From: a virus
Reading direction: 5' to 3' (one strand)
Virus record (IMG/VR): IMGVR_UViG_3300012209_000008
Coordinates: 2,026 to 66,025 of that record
DNA length: 64,000 nt
Below the pieces are notes generated by a model. It worked only from the letters and a program-made list of their open reading frames with translations. It was not told the DNA's origin and did no database searches. How positions within the stretch are numbered: the first letter of the stretch is position 1; the number at the start of each line of letters is the position of its first letter. Positions 44,156 through 52,600 of the stretch are shown here, piece by piece. The translations under genes and the position numbers were made by a program.

Positions 44156-44322
44156 GGCTTCCCGTGTTGGTCGTGGCCCTTGCCCTTCCCGTGATCCTTG
44201 GCGTGGTCACAGTCTTTCCCGGTATCGGCCTTTGCCTGCGTGGTGTCCCGGGGCGGCACCCCAGCCCGCTCCGTTCCGCCGCAGGCCATCGCCAGCACCA
44301 CCAACAGCATGCAAATCCGCAT
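44146..44322 (-). CDS. small lipoprotein (58 aa)
   Basis: Hand-translated: MRICMLLVVLAMAC-GGTER...; His/Lys/Gly-rich tail. Confidence 0.55.
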   Translation of the reverse strand: MRICMLLVVLAMACGGTERAGVPPRDTTQAKADTGKDCDHAKDHGKGKGHDQHGKPCG

Positions 44323-44333
44323 GAATGCCTCCT

Positions 44334-44678
44334 TTAGCCGTGCGCGTTGAGCTTTTTGAGGTAGGGCAGTTCATCCGGGTCTACCTGCCCGTCGCTGTGA
44401 AAGTGAAAGAAGGTGATATACCAGCCGGACGGATGCACCACCGGGATCACCTTCCCGCTCCCGCCACACCCCGGGCAGGGCTCGTGCCGGATGAAGCGCG
44501 TGGGGTGGACCTTCTCCACCTCGCCCTCCCCGCGGCACCGGGCACACCGTTGCATGCCCTTGGCCCCGGGCGCCACGTAGTGCGGCAGCTGCAGCCAGCC
44601 CTTGCGTCCCTGCGCCGCCCGCAAGGAGGGATCCTGGTCCTTGGGATCCGGGCGCTCGTGGTACTCGATGATCGCCAT
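44334..44678 (-). CDS. DnaJ-type zinc-finger protein
   Basis: CARCRGEG and CPGCGGSG. Confidence 0.65.
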   Translation of the reverse strand: MAIIEYHERPDPKDQDPSLRAAQGRKGWLQLPHYVAPGAKGMQRCARCRGEGEVEKVHPTRFIRHEPCPGCGGSGKVIPVVHPSGWYITFFHFHSDGQVDPDELPYLKKLNAHG

Positions 44679-44682
44679 GGAC

Positions 44683-45036
44683 TCAACGCACCATCCCCAC
44701 CAAGAGGCCGACCAGGGTCAAGAAGATCTGCAGCCCGAACGCTCCGGCCCCGTTCATCACCACGTCCCGCCAGGAGAAGCCGAACCCGGTCCGGCCCACC
44801 ACCGCGCCCACCGGGCCGTACTCCCCGTGGGCCGCGTCCCAGGCCTCAGCCAGTTGATGCAGGGCCCCGAAGAGCATGGTCCCCAGGATCCCCACCACGC
44901 TCCCGCTCATCCCCCACAGGCCCACATGGGCCAGTTGGTACAGCAGCCCCACCATCGCGCCGAGCCAGAAGGAAGCCCAGCGATAGGTCGTGTTCGGGTC
45001 CAGATGGAACCAGCTCAGCCATTTGGGCAGCGCCAT
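44683..45036 (-). CDS. multi-pass membrane protein
   Basis: Three hydrophobic segments; HQLAE and FSWRDVVMNGAG; GGAGG SD. Confidence 0.6.
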   Translation of the reverse strand: MALPKWLSWFHLDPNTTYRWASFWLGAMVGLLYQLAHVGLWGMSGSVVGILGTMLFGALHQLAEAWDAAHGEYGPVGAVVGRTGFGFSWRDVVMNGAGAFGLQIFLTLVGLLVGMVR

Positions 45037-45227
45037 CCGTCGATCCTCCCGTTGGAGTTGGCACAGGCCCGGGGTTCCAGGGCAACAGATCCCCGTGCAC
45101 ATCCTTCCACCAGAAGCTCAGACACACCCCGCACATGAGCTGCTGCGCGGCGTCCCGACTCCGCGCCAGCGCTTGGCACTCGTGGCCACACGCGGGACAG
45201 GGCGGCCCCAGCGCCGCAGCCCCGACC

Positions 45228-45428
45228 TCAGGCTCGACGAGCACCGAGCCGTTGCACCCGTTTCTTGGGATGGAGCCGGGCCGGGAGCCCCGTGACCCCG
45301 TGCCCGGCCGAGACCTTCTCCGCGCCAACCTTCTGCGGGATCCCGAGCCGGGACTTCCCAGCCTTGGCCGCGTAGAACGCGCGGCGTTGCGCTTGCGATG
45401 TCGGGGGTTGCGTGGGTCGGCCAGGCAT
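45228..45428 (-). CDS. small basic phage protein
   Basis: PTSQAQRRAFYAAKAGKSRLGIPQKVG; GGAGG SD. Confidence 0.6.
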   Translation of the reverse strand: MPGRPTQPPTSQAQRRAFYAAKAGKSRLGIPQKVGAEKVSAGHGVTGLPARLHPKKRVQRLGARRA

Positions 45429-45437
45429 GGCGCCTCC

Positions 45438-45926
45438 CTAGTTGGTGGCCTGCGTCACGGGCGCCTCCACCAGCAACGTCCCCTTCTCCGCCGTCCACTC
45501 CGTCCCATCCTGGAACTTGAGCTGGAGGTCATAGACGTAGGACGCGCCTGCGGTCAGCGCCCCGAGCTGAGCCTGCGTCGGAGTAAACTTGAGCTGGCCG
45601 GTGCCGGTCGCGTGCCCGTCGTCCGTGATCTGTCCCGCGACGGTATTGGTGGTGGTGATGGCCAGCTGCAGGCTGCCGGGATCCGCCACGGTCTCCGCCG
45701 TCTTAACCGTGAGCCAGGCCTTGGTGAGCGGATTGGTCAGCGGGACGCGCTTGACGCTCCGGAGAATGGGCACCCCGGCGCCTGCGTCCTGGCTGGTCAG
45801 TCCATCGATGCGGGCGTTCCGCCGCATGGGCTGGGCCCGCGCCGGGACCTGGGGCATGGCCTGCGCGCCGTTGAACGGCTGGGCAGGCGCATAGGGCGCG
45901 TAGACTACACCGGTAAGGCCACTCAT
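45438..45926 (-). CDS. BppU-N-like beta-sandwich virion protein
   Basis: AWLTVKT...QLKFTPTQ...YVYDLQLKFQDG...EKGTLLV. Confidence 0.65.
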   Translation of the reverse strand: MSGLTGVVYAPYAPAQPFNGAQAMPQVPARAQPMRRNARIDGLTSQDAGAGVPILRSVKRVPLTNPLTKAWLTVKTAETVADPGSLQLAITTTNTVAGQITDDGHATGTGQLKFTPTQAQLGALTAGASYVYDLQLKFQDGTEWTAEKGTLLVEAPVTQATN

Positions 45927-46114
45927 CGCTCGTAGGCGGCCTTAGGAATGACCCCGGTTCCCTGACACGTGGGGCACTGGACCATTTCCCGCGTGCGCAT
46001 CCCAGCCTGCTGGGGCCCCGCCACCACCTTGCCCCCGTTACACCGGGTACAGGTCTTGGTCCGGTCCCCAAAGGCGGTGGTCCCGTCCGGCAGCTCTTCG
46101 CCAACATTGGCCAT
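45923..46114 (-). CDS. small DnaJ-type zinc-finger protein
   Basis: CTRCNGGK and CPTCQGTG. Confidence 0.65.
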   Translation of the reverse strand: MANVGEELPDGTTAFGDRTKTCTRCNGGKVVAGPQQAGMRTREMVQCPTCQGTGVIPKAAYER

Positions 46115-46174
46115 ACGTGCCTCCGAGTATAGGGTCGGCGGCGCGGAAACGCTACGCGCCCCCGGAACTTCCGA

Positions 46175-47212
46175 TCACTCCTCCAGCAGCCAGGCCAACG
46201 CCGCCCAGTGGGCTTCCTGGACCTCCCGAAGAACCGTGAGCATCATCCGTCGCTTCGCGTGGCGTGCTGCACGCCGGTGGCTCCGGTCCAACTGGGTCAG
46301 CGCCGCCGTCACTACCGTGGTCACGGGTCGCGGGAGATCCGGGAGCGCGGGGAGCTGATCCCGCGTCGGCAAGGGGACCAAGGCCGGTTTGGCGGGCGGC
46401 GCCACCGGGACCGGACTGACGGCGAAGATAATCGGCGGGAGCGGGGCCGGGATCCGCCGCCGCACCAGTAGCCGCGGTGCCTGCACGGGCCGCCGCTCGG
46501 GGGTCCGGAGGATTCGCTCCACGGCCTGCATCAGGACGGCCAGCGGGGCCGTCTCCACCCGGTGGCCGAGCCGTTGAGCCCGCGGGATCACCACCGGCGG
46601 CGGGGGCTGCTCCACGTAGTAGGGCACGGGCGGTTTGACGGGCGGCCACCGCTGAATAGCCCACAACGGCAGCCCGAGCAACTGCACCAGCACGGATGGC
46701 GGCGGCGGTGGTGGCGCCACTCCGGCGGTAATGGCGGCCAAGACCAACCGCTGCCACAACGTGGGCGACGGCGGCGGCACCGGATAGGCCACGGGAAGCG
46801 CCGGAAAGGCGACGGGCCGGGGCCCCACCGCGGCCAACGGTACCCGAAACCAACTCGTTAGCCAGGCGGTCCGGTCCGCCTCTGGCCGGAGGATCACCCC
46901 GGCATCCCACCGACCGACAAGCGGGAAGCGTACCGGCCCCGGCCCCACCGGAAGCAGTGGGAGCCGGAAGGCGGCGAAGAGTGCCGCGGCGTCGGGCGGG
47001 GCAAAGGCCCGAGCCTGCCAGGCACCCCACCCGCCGACCGGTGGGAACGCCACTGGCGCCGGACCAACCGGCCGCAACTTGGGCAACTGCATCAGCTGAG
47101 CCTGGGGGTAGTCCGCCGTGACCACGTAGCCGCGCGGCTGCAGCGGCCCGTTGGGCGTCGGCGTGACGGCGACGACGTGATTCAGCTGCTGCAGCGCAAC
47201 GGCCTGCCACAC
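46175..47212 (-). CDS. Pro-rich protein
   Basis: 345 aa with repeated P-x-x-F-P-x-V-G units; TAGTG overlap with the upstream stop. Confidence 0.55.
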   Translation of the reverse strand: MWQAVALQQLNHVVAVTPTPNGPLQPRGYVVTADYPQAQLMQLPKLRPVGPAPVAFPPVGGWGAWQARAFAPPDAAALFAAFRLPLLPVGPGPVRFPLVGRWDAGVILRPEADRTAWLTSWFRVPLAAVGPRPVAFPALPVAYPVPPPSPTLWQRLVLAAITAGVAPPPPPPSVLVQLLGLPLWAIQRWPPVKPPVPYYVEQPPPPVVIPRAQRLGHRVETAPLAVLMQAVERILRTPERRPVQAPRLLVRRRIPAPLPPIIFAVSPVPVAPPAKPALVPLPTRDQLPALPDLPRPVTTVVTAALTQLDRSHRRAARHAKRRMMLTVLREVQEAHWAALAWLLEE

Positions 47213-47661
47213 TACCCAACCTCAAGCACGTCCAGATCCGCATTGATGGTTTGCGTTTGACCCGGCGCGACAGGGAGTTTGAGACTCACAATTCCTGCCC
47301 CGACCACCATACGCCGCTCCTCCGGAACTGGCAAGTACAGCCAGGGGTTTTGCCAGTTGAAGCTGTCGGGATAGAGAATGGCCCCGGCGGTTCCAAGCAC
47401 CGTACACAACCCTCGTGCTGTGAACCCCGCCGCCGCGTCATCCGGATCCGCGGGGTTGATGTTGGGGGTCGTCACGTTGGTGCCCGCGGTAGACTGCCGC
47501 AGAAGCTGGATGGCTTGCTGGAGACTGGTCGTATTCGCTTGTTGGGAGAGCGCGGCCCGGGTAACGATGAGGGCACGGTTGGTGTGGGCCGTCAGCTCCA
47601 GGATGCTAGTGATAGCCGCCGTGAGCGCCGCGCCGACGAGATTGACAGAGTAGGCCCGCAT
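47212..47661 (-). CDS. putative beta-rich structural protein
   Basis: FNWQNPWLYLPVPEER...SLKLPVAP. Confidence 0.6.
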   Translation of the reverse strand: MRAYSVNLVGAALTAAITSILELTAHTNRALIVTRAALSQQANTTSLQQAIQLLRQSTAGTNVTTPNINPADPDDAAAGFTARGLCTVLGTAGAILYPDSFNWQNPWLYLPVPEERRMVVGAGIVSLKLPVAPGQTQTINADLDVLEVG

Positions 47662-47667
47662 GAGTGG

Positions 47668-47898
47668 TTAGCTCCTCACCGGAGGACCGCTGTAGCCACA
47701 GTCCCCCGCCGTACAGGTGAAGGTGCCATCCGCCGCGCCCAAGCCCCGCGGCGCGCCGCTGGCGAAGGTCGCCAGATACGGCGAGCCACAGCGTGGACAG
47801 GTGACGCGGGTTTGATTCGGCCCCAGGGGCAAGACCCCGGAGAGCTTCTGCGCCAGATCGACGTCTGGCGTAAAGGTCACCGCTGCTGTGGTGGCCAT
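47668..47898 (-). CDS. small Zn-ribbon protein
   Basis: CPRCG...CTAGDCG. Confidence 0.55.
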   Translation of the reverse strand: MATTAAVTFTPDVDLAQKLSGVLPLGPNQTRVTCPRCGSPYLATFASGAPRGLGAADGTFTCTAGDCGYSGPPVRS

Positions 47899-47903
47899 CG
47901 GTT

Positions 47904-48209
47904 TTACCATCCTGGTCCCCGCAGTTCCACCGCCGGACTCCGGCCTGCGGGAATCAAAGCCGGAATCACCTTGCGTGCAATGCCATGCGTCTCCACGTAG
48001 AGACGCCGCCGAATGGGCTTCCCCGTCCCCTCGCACCCGGGGCACTCCAGGTACTCATCCCCGCCCAACCACAACAAGCCGCGGCCCGCGCAGGCCACAC
48101 AGTGGGCCACGCGCCCCGTCCCGCGGCAATCCCGACAGGCCGCCCAGCTCCGACCATTCCAGATCCGGCCCCGGGCTCGGCAAATCAGACAGCCCACGGC
48201 CTGACTCAT
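47904..48209 (-). CDS. DnaJ-type zinc-finger protein (4 CxxCxGxG-like units)
   Basis: CLICRARG, CRDCRGTG, CVACAGRG and CPGCEGTG. Confidence 0.7.
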   Translation of the reverse strand: MSQAVGCLICRARGRIWNGRSWAACRDCRGTGRVAHCVACAGRGLLWLGGDEYLECPGCEGTGKPIRRRLYVETHGIARKVIPALIPAGRSPAVELRGPGW

Positions 48210-50230
48210 GGCTTGGCCCCGGCCGGTTCGCCATCGCTCACTTCACTCTGCATGTCTCCGGAGGGCAGGCGCCGCGTGGTGATGATGCGCTTGCCGCTCG
48301 GGAGGTGTACGTGAATCTCCGGGGAGCCGCTGGGCCCACCTTTCCCTGGCGCGGGGGTCGGGGGCTTCCCGCCACCCGGCGGGGCCTGTCCATTCCCGGG
48401 TTGGCCAGGCTTGGCGCCTTCCGCCTCGGTGCCGCCGCCCGTCAACTGTGATCCCGGCGTGAAGCTGGCCCCGCGAATCTCCGACAGCATCTGGGCTCGC
48501 GCCAGCTGGCGAATCTCGGTGGTGATGAGATCCCCGCGCTTGGCGGTGACGGGCTTTCCGGTCTCATCCGTTGCCCCGGTGGCCACCTCCTCGTCCCAGT
48601 CAAACATCCCCAAACTCTGGATCCAGCGGATGGCCAACTCGGCCCGTGCCTCCGCGCCCAAGGGCAACTGTTCCCCGGTGGTGAGGGCACGGTCGATGAG
48701 ATGCGCATCCACCGCCGCCCCCACGTCCTTCTCATCCACGTCATAGCCCTGGTATTGGATGGCGTCGATGGCGGCCTGGATCAGCGCCTTGCGGCCCACC
48801 GGGATCCGGTTCTCAAAGAAGCGCTTCATCATGTTGTCGATGACCGCGTCCGGATCCGTCGGCGCGAAGTTGTCCGTCCGCTCCACGCTGGCCGTGAACC
48901 ACTTGGTGCGGTCCGCGGCGAACTCAATCTGCTCCACGCGCCACAGGGCTTCGTTCTCCGCGTCGTCCAGCGCTCCCTTCACCAGTTGCAGAATGGCCCC
49001 GGAGCCCGCCGCAATCTCTTGCCTCACCTCGGTGGCCGTGCGCTGTTTGGCGCTGTCCGTGTACTCGCGGAAAGCCGTTTTGTAGAACTCCTCAACCCGG
49101 CGCTCATGCACTTGGAGCGCCACGCTCACCGGCCCCGACTCCGGCGCGATGAAGCTGTGGCCCTTGCCCTGGGGCGGATTGGCCAGCACCATCCCGCCCT
49201 TCTCCAGGATGTCGGTCTTGATCTGCTCCATGTAGCTCAGATCGGCGAAGATGTTGAGCTTGATGGAGAGCTGGGCTGCACGCAGCAGATGATCCATCTC
49301 GGACTGCTTGTTGAAGATGGCATTGGCCTTCTTGGCCAGCATCCACCCCACGTTCCGCCGCAGCGGCAAGTTGATCATGAAGAGGGGGAGCGCGGGGTTC
49401 CCCAGCCGGTCCTCAAAGCTGTAGGTGTCCTCGTCCAGCTTGATGGGGGTCTGGTTTTTGTCCAGGGTCCAGCGCGTCCAGCCGTCCAGCCGGTAGTGCA
49501 CGAAGGTGTACTGGAACGGCGTCACCCGCTGCTCGTCCAGGGCGGTCCGCTGATCCTTCATCTCGGCCACCACGGCCTCCACCAACCGTCCCTTCTCCAT
49601 GCGCCAGTTGCGGACGGCTTGGACCGGGAGCGCCACTACCCGGCTCACAATGTCGCCGTTGAAGTTCTCCCCGCCGTCGCACAGGATCCAGGCCCGGTGC
49701 ACCACCAGGAGGTCCGCCGTGCACTGCTTCCAGAGGCTGACCCATCCGAGGTTCTGCCCGGAGCCGTCCACATCGTTCTTGAGCCGTCCGGCGATGCTTT
49801 GGGCATCATCCGCATCCCCCAGCGCGCCCCAGTCGCGGTTGGTATCCGACTCGGCCGAGAAGAGCATCCCGGCCAGGGAGTCCACCACCGTGGCGAAGTG
49901 CGGCGTGTAGTCCGCCAGCCCGGTCCGCTCCCGGTAGCCTTCAATGGACTCGGCCTGTTGCTTCCGGGGGAGGTACTTGATCACGCGGTCCGGCTCCAGA
50001 ACCTGGCCGGTGTAGTGCTCCATGGCCATGGTCCACTTGTCCACGTTGGCATCGTACTCCGGGTGGGTCCGGAGCAGCCAGACATCCTTGAGCCCCGTGA
50101 TCACCGGCGGCGCCGAGGGGCCCGAGCCGACCAACGTGGCCTGGGCGGAACCGGAGGGCGTCGGGATGACGGGCAGGCTGATGCTCTGCGGGGTGAAGCC
50201 TGGAATGGACAGGATGTCGGGCGCGCTCAT
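48206..50230 (-). CDS. portal protein
   Basis: YLPRKQQAESIEGYRERTGLADYTPHFATVVDSLAGMLF...LKNDVDGSGQNL...IFNKQSEMDHLL...TATE; downstream of TerL. Confidence 0.88.
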   Translation of the reverse strand: MSAPDILSIPGFTPQSISLPVIPTPSGSAQATLVGSGPSAPPVITGLKDVWLLRTHPEYDANVDKWTMAMEHYTGQVLEPDRVIKYLPRKQQAESIEGYRERTGLADYTPHFATVVDSLAGMLFSAESDTNRDWGALGDADDAQSIAGRLKNDVDGSGQNLGWVSLWKQCTADLLVVHRAWILCDGGENFNGDIVSRVVALPVQAVRNWRMEKGRLVEAVVAEMKDQRTALDEQRVTPFQYTFVHYRLDGWTRWTLDKNQTPIKLDEDTYSFEDRLGNPALPLFMINLPLRRNVGWMLAKKANAIFNKQSEMDHLLRAAQLSIKLNIFADLSYMEQIKTDILEKGGMVLANPPQGKGHSFIAPESGPVSVALQVHERRVEEFYKTAFREYTDSAKQRTATEVRQEIAAGSGAILQLVKGALDDAENEALWRVEQIEFAADRTKWFTASVERTDNFAPTDPDAVIDNMMKRFFENRIPVGRKALIQAAIDAIQYQGYDVDEKDVGAAVDAHLIDRALTTGEQLPLGAEARAELAIRWIQSLGMFDWDEEVATGATDETGKPVTAKRGDLITTEIRQLARAQMLSEIRGASFTPGSQLTGGGTEAEGAKPGQPGNGQAPPGGGKPPTPAPGKGGPSGSPEIHVHLPSGKRIITTRRLPSGDMQSEVSDGEPAGAKP

Positions 50231-50385
50231 TCTTTGACGGTGACCTCCCCGCCTTTGGAGACCCGGACATTCACCAGCCGATCCATCCACAACGCGACCG
50301 CCGCGAGGGCCTTGGCAAACTCATGAGGCCCGTCGCGGGGCTCAAAGGTGATGACCACCTTCCCATCCCCATACTGCACCTGCAT
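50227..50385 (-). CDS. small hypothetical protein
   Basis: 52 aa; overlaps the portal start. Confidence 0.45.
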   Translation of the reverse strand: MQVQYGDGKVVITFEPRDGPHEFAKALAAVALWMDRLVNVRVSKGGEVTVKE

Positions 50386-50398
50386 GGGATCCCGTCGC

Positions 50399-50620
50399 CT
50401 AGTAGCTGCTGTGCGTCGGCGACCCGCTCGGCTTGGACGCATCGGGCTCCTTCGCGGCCGCATGGTCTTGGGGCGAAGCCTCCGGCGCTTGGGTGTCAGC
50501 AGCGGGCCGGTCCTCGGGCCGCTGAAAGAAGTCCGGATGCTGCTCCACGCTATCCGTCCCTGGCTTGCCGTGGAGCTTGGCGAAGGCCGGATGCCCAACA
50601 CAGGCTGCTTTGTCCGCCAT
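50399..50620 (-). CDS. small hypothetical protein
   Basis: AGGAGG SD; 73 aa. Confidence 0.55.
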   Translation of the reverse strand: MADKAACVGHPAFAKLHGKPGTDSVEQHPDFFQRPEDRPAADTQAPEASPQDHAAAKEPDASKPSGSPTHSSY

Positions 50621-50631
50621 CGGATCCTCCT

Positions 50632-50844
50632 TTACTTGGTCCAGCGTCCCTTCTCATCGCGCGGCTCCCCGGCCGCGCCCGGACCCGGGGCCTTCTCGTG
50701 CGCGATGCCAGATCCCTTGAGCTTGTCCAGGTGCTCCGGTCCGGCCGCCTTGGGCTTCCGGCTGATCCCTTTGACTTGCTGCCCGCCGGGCAAGGAGCCC
50801 CATGGCTCGTTGCCCCACTGGTTACTGTAGCCGCCTTTGGCCAT
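50632..50844 (-). CDS. small basic protein
   Basis: C-terminal PRDEKGRWTK; AGGAG SD. Confidence 0.6.
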   Translation of the reverse strand: MAKGGYSNQWGNEPWGSLPGGQQVKGISRKPKAAGPEHLDKLKGSGIAHEKAPGPGAAGEPRDEKGRWTK

Positions 50845-50903
50845 GGGTAGCTCCTGTTGGTAGTCGCCGCGCGGCCGCGCGCCGGGCTTGGGTGGGATCT
50901 GCT

Positions 50904-51287
50904 TCACAGTGGCGGCTCCCGCACGTCGTAGATCCACTGCCGCGCAATCTCACAGAGGGCCACAAACACCGCGTCCTTGTCCCGCTCTAACTGACCCAGC
51001 TTCGCGTAGGGCACCATGTCCGGATGGGTCTTGGCCGCGGGGTCGTACCGCTCCCCATAGTTCCACCCCATGCCGAAGTAGGCCTGCATCCAGCTCCCGT
51101 GCAACTCCTCTGGGGACCGGGAGCGCTGGTCGCCCATCTGTCGCTCGATGACGGCGCGGAACTGTACCTTGAAGGGCTCCTCGCGCTCCACCCAGGACGG
51201 CGGGACAATGGGCACCGCCGCCGCTTGGGCCGCCAGCCGGGCTGTCTCGTAGACGAAGACTGCGCGCCGCTCCAAGAGGTTCACCAT
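50904..51287 (-). CDS. RyR-domain protein
   Basis: ELHGSWMQAYFGMGWNYGERYDPAAKTHPDMVPYAKLGQLERDKD. Confidence 0.85.
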   Translation of the reverse strand: MVNLLERRAVFVYETARLAAQAAAVPIVPPSWVEREEPFKVQFRAVIERQMGDQRSRSPEELHGSWMQAYFGMGWNYGERYDPAAKTHPDMVPYAKLGQLERDKDAVFVALCEIARQWIYDVREPPL

Positions 51288-51721
51288 CAGCTGGTCCGGT
51301 TCACGCCGCGGCTATCGCAGCTACCAGCGCTGGAATCCCCGCTCCGGAAGGGCGGGAGCCCGGTGGCGTCCGGGACAAGTGTGCGCCCCAACGCGGGGGG
51401 CAGATGCTGCCGCAGGACCTGGAGCGCGGCCCACAACCGGCCATCCCGCTCCGCCACGGCCCGCGCCAGCGTGTCCTCCACCCAGTCCCCGTGGTTCCCG
51501 CTCGCGGTGGTCCGGTTGCGCCCCCGGGAATCGCAGCTGCCCGCCGCGCCATCCGCGGCCCGGAACGGCGCCAGCCCCGTCACCGTCGGCACCGTCTGGG
51601 CGGCCACTGCCGGGGGCGTGGCGCGGCTGATAGCTTGGAGCGCGGCCCAGAGCCGTCCATCGCGCTCCGTCAGCGCACGGTCCAGCGCGTCATCGAGCAC
51701 CTGTTGGATGGTGGCCATCAA
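51287..51721 (-). CDS. two-repeat hypothetical protein A
   Basis: Two copies of AL/AV-x-ERDGRLWAALQ...GL-x-PFR-x-x-D-x-x-AGSCDSRG-x-NRT. Confidence 0.7.
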   Translation of the reverse strand: MMATIQQVLDDALDRALTERDGRLWAALQAISRATPPAVAAQTVPTVTGLAPFRAADGAAGSCDSRGRNRTTASGNHGDWVEDTLARAVAERDGRLWAALQVLRQHLPPALGRTLVPDATGLPPFRSGDSSAGSCDSRGVNRTS

Positions 51722-51727
51722 GGCCTC

Positions 51728-52189
51728 CTAGATCCAGGTGAGCCGGTTGAGTCCCCGCGCATCGGCGGCTCCGGCAGGGCTATCGCTCCCCCGGAAGGGC
51801 GCTTCGCTTGTGACGACCGCTGGCAGCGGCAGCTTGGCGCTGAGGACGTTACTCCCCAGCCACTGGATCACCTCACTCAGCCCGCACCAGGTGTAGGCGT
51901 CCCGTTCTATCTCGGCGCGGTTGAGACAGTCATTCACCACATCCGTCACTAGCGCTCCGGCACTCCAGCTCAGCCGGTTCACGCCCCGCGCATCCGCCGC
52001 GCCCGCGGACGGATCCGCGGCCCGGAACGGGGCATCCAGTCCCACGGCCGCCGCGGGATCCAGCACCGTGGCATCGCTGGCGGCAGGAATGCTCGGCAAG
52101 AGCATCTGCAGCCCCATCCAGACGTAGGCATCCCGTTCGACAAGGGCGCGAGCCACCAGATCATTCACCACATCACTGATTGACGCCAT
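51728..52189 (-). CDS. two-repeat hypothetical protein B (paralog of A)
   Basis: Two copies of DVVND-x-x-x-RA-x-x-ERDAY-x-W-x-GL...APFR-x-x-D-x-x-AGAADARG-x-NRL-x-W. Confidence 0.7.
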   Translation of the reverse strand: MASISDVVNDLVARALVERDAYVWMGLQMLLPSIPAASDATVLDPAAAVGLDAPFRAADPSAGAADARGVNRLSWSAGALVTDVVNDCLNRAEIERDAYTWCGLSEVIQWLGSNVLSAKLPLPAVVTSEAPFRGSDSPAGAADARGLNRLTWI

Positions 52190-52206
52190 AGCCACCCTCC
52201 GGGTGG

Positions 52207-52302
52207 TGGTGGGCGCTGCAGCTCCCGGCACGGGGCTCGAACCCGCCTCCGGCTGCGGCCTAGCAACCGCGGTCACCGTGGACCGCCGGGAATGCACCGC
52301 CC
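52207..52302 (-). tRNA. tRNA-like element with extended acceptor stem ending in ACCA
   Basis: Core 52291-52223: TCCCGGC/GCCGGGA, GGTC/GACC, GCGGT/GCCGC, T-arm GCGGG-TTCGAGC-CCCGT. Outer GGGCG.TGCA/TGCA.CGCCC extension, then ACCA. Confidence 0.6.
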
Positions 52303-52600
52303 AGCCAGCGAGCTCACCGACTGAGCGGCGGGGGAGCGGCCACCCGTGTACTTAGGGCGTCTCTCTCCCCTACAGCTTGCGGCTGAGCAACACCGAGACC
52401 CCGTTACCCAAAGTCCCGTGGCCCTTCACGGCCCGCCGCCGGGCACGTCTCCGCCGAGTCTGCCGGGTTGCTGCCTGGACCCGTGACCGCCTCACGACGG
52501 CCGTAGGATGCCCTGGCCAGGCTCTGCGGCGATCAGCTGGACGAGGGCCTTTCCCTAACAGGGTGCCCGTTCTCCTCGGGTGCCACCGGGGGCTGACCCG
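52303..52600 (-). ncRNA. candidate structured ncRNA between terL and the tRNA-like element
   Basis: No credible ORF; CACCCG/CGGGTG and GGGC/GCCC helices flank GAGGAGAAC and AAGTAC strands, as in 20042-20190. Confidence 0.45.

Noticed and set aside
44846-45328. Zn-finger-like ORF (CPACGHEC...CGVC)
   Set aside because: It would overlap the better-supported membrane gene by about 190 nt and the 45228 gene at its start. A shorter real gene is possible but I cannot support it.
45640-45665. Self-target of array C (TTGGTGGTGGTG)
   Set aside because: It matches only four of eleven dinucleotides and the flanks disagree.
52500-52600. RNase P or SRP RNA
   Set aside because: Only partial resemblance (GAGGAGAAC versus GAGGAAAGUCC); the P4 partner and other universal motifs were not found.
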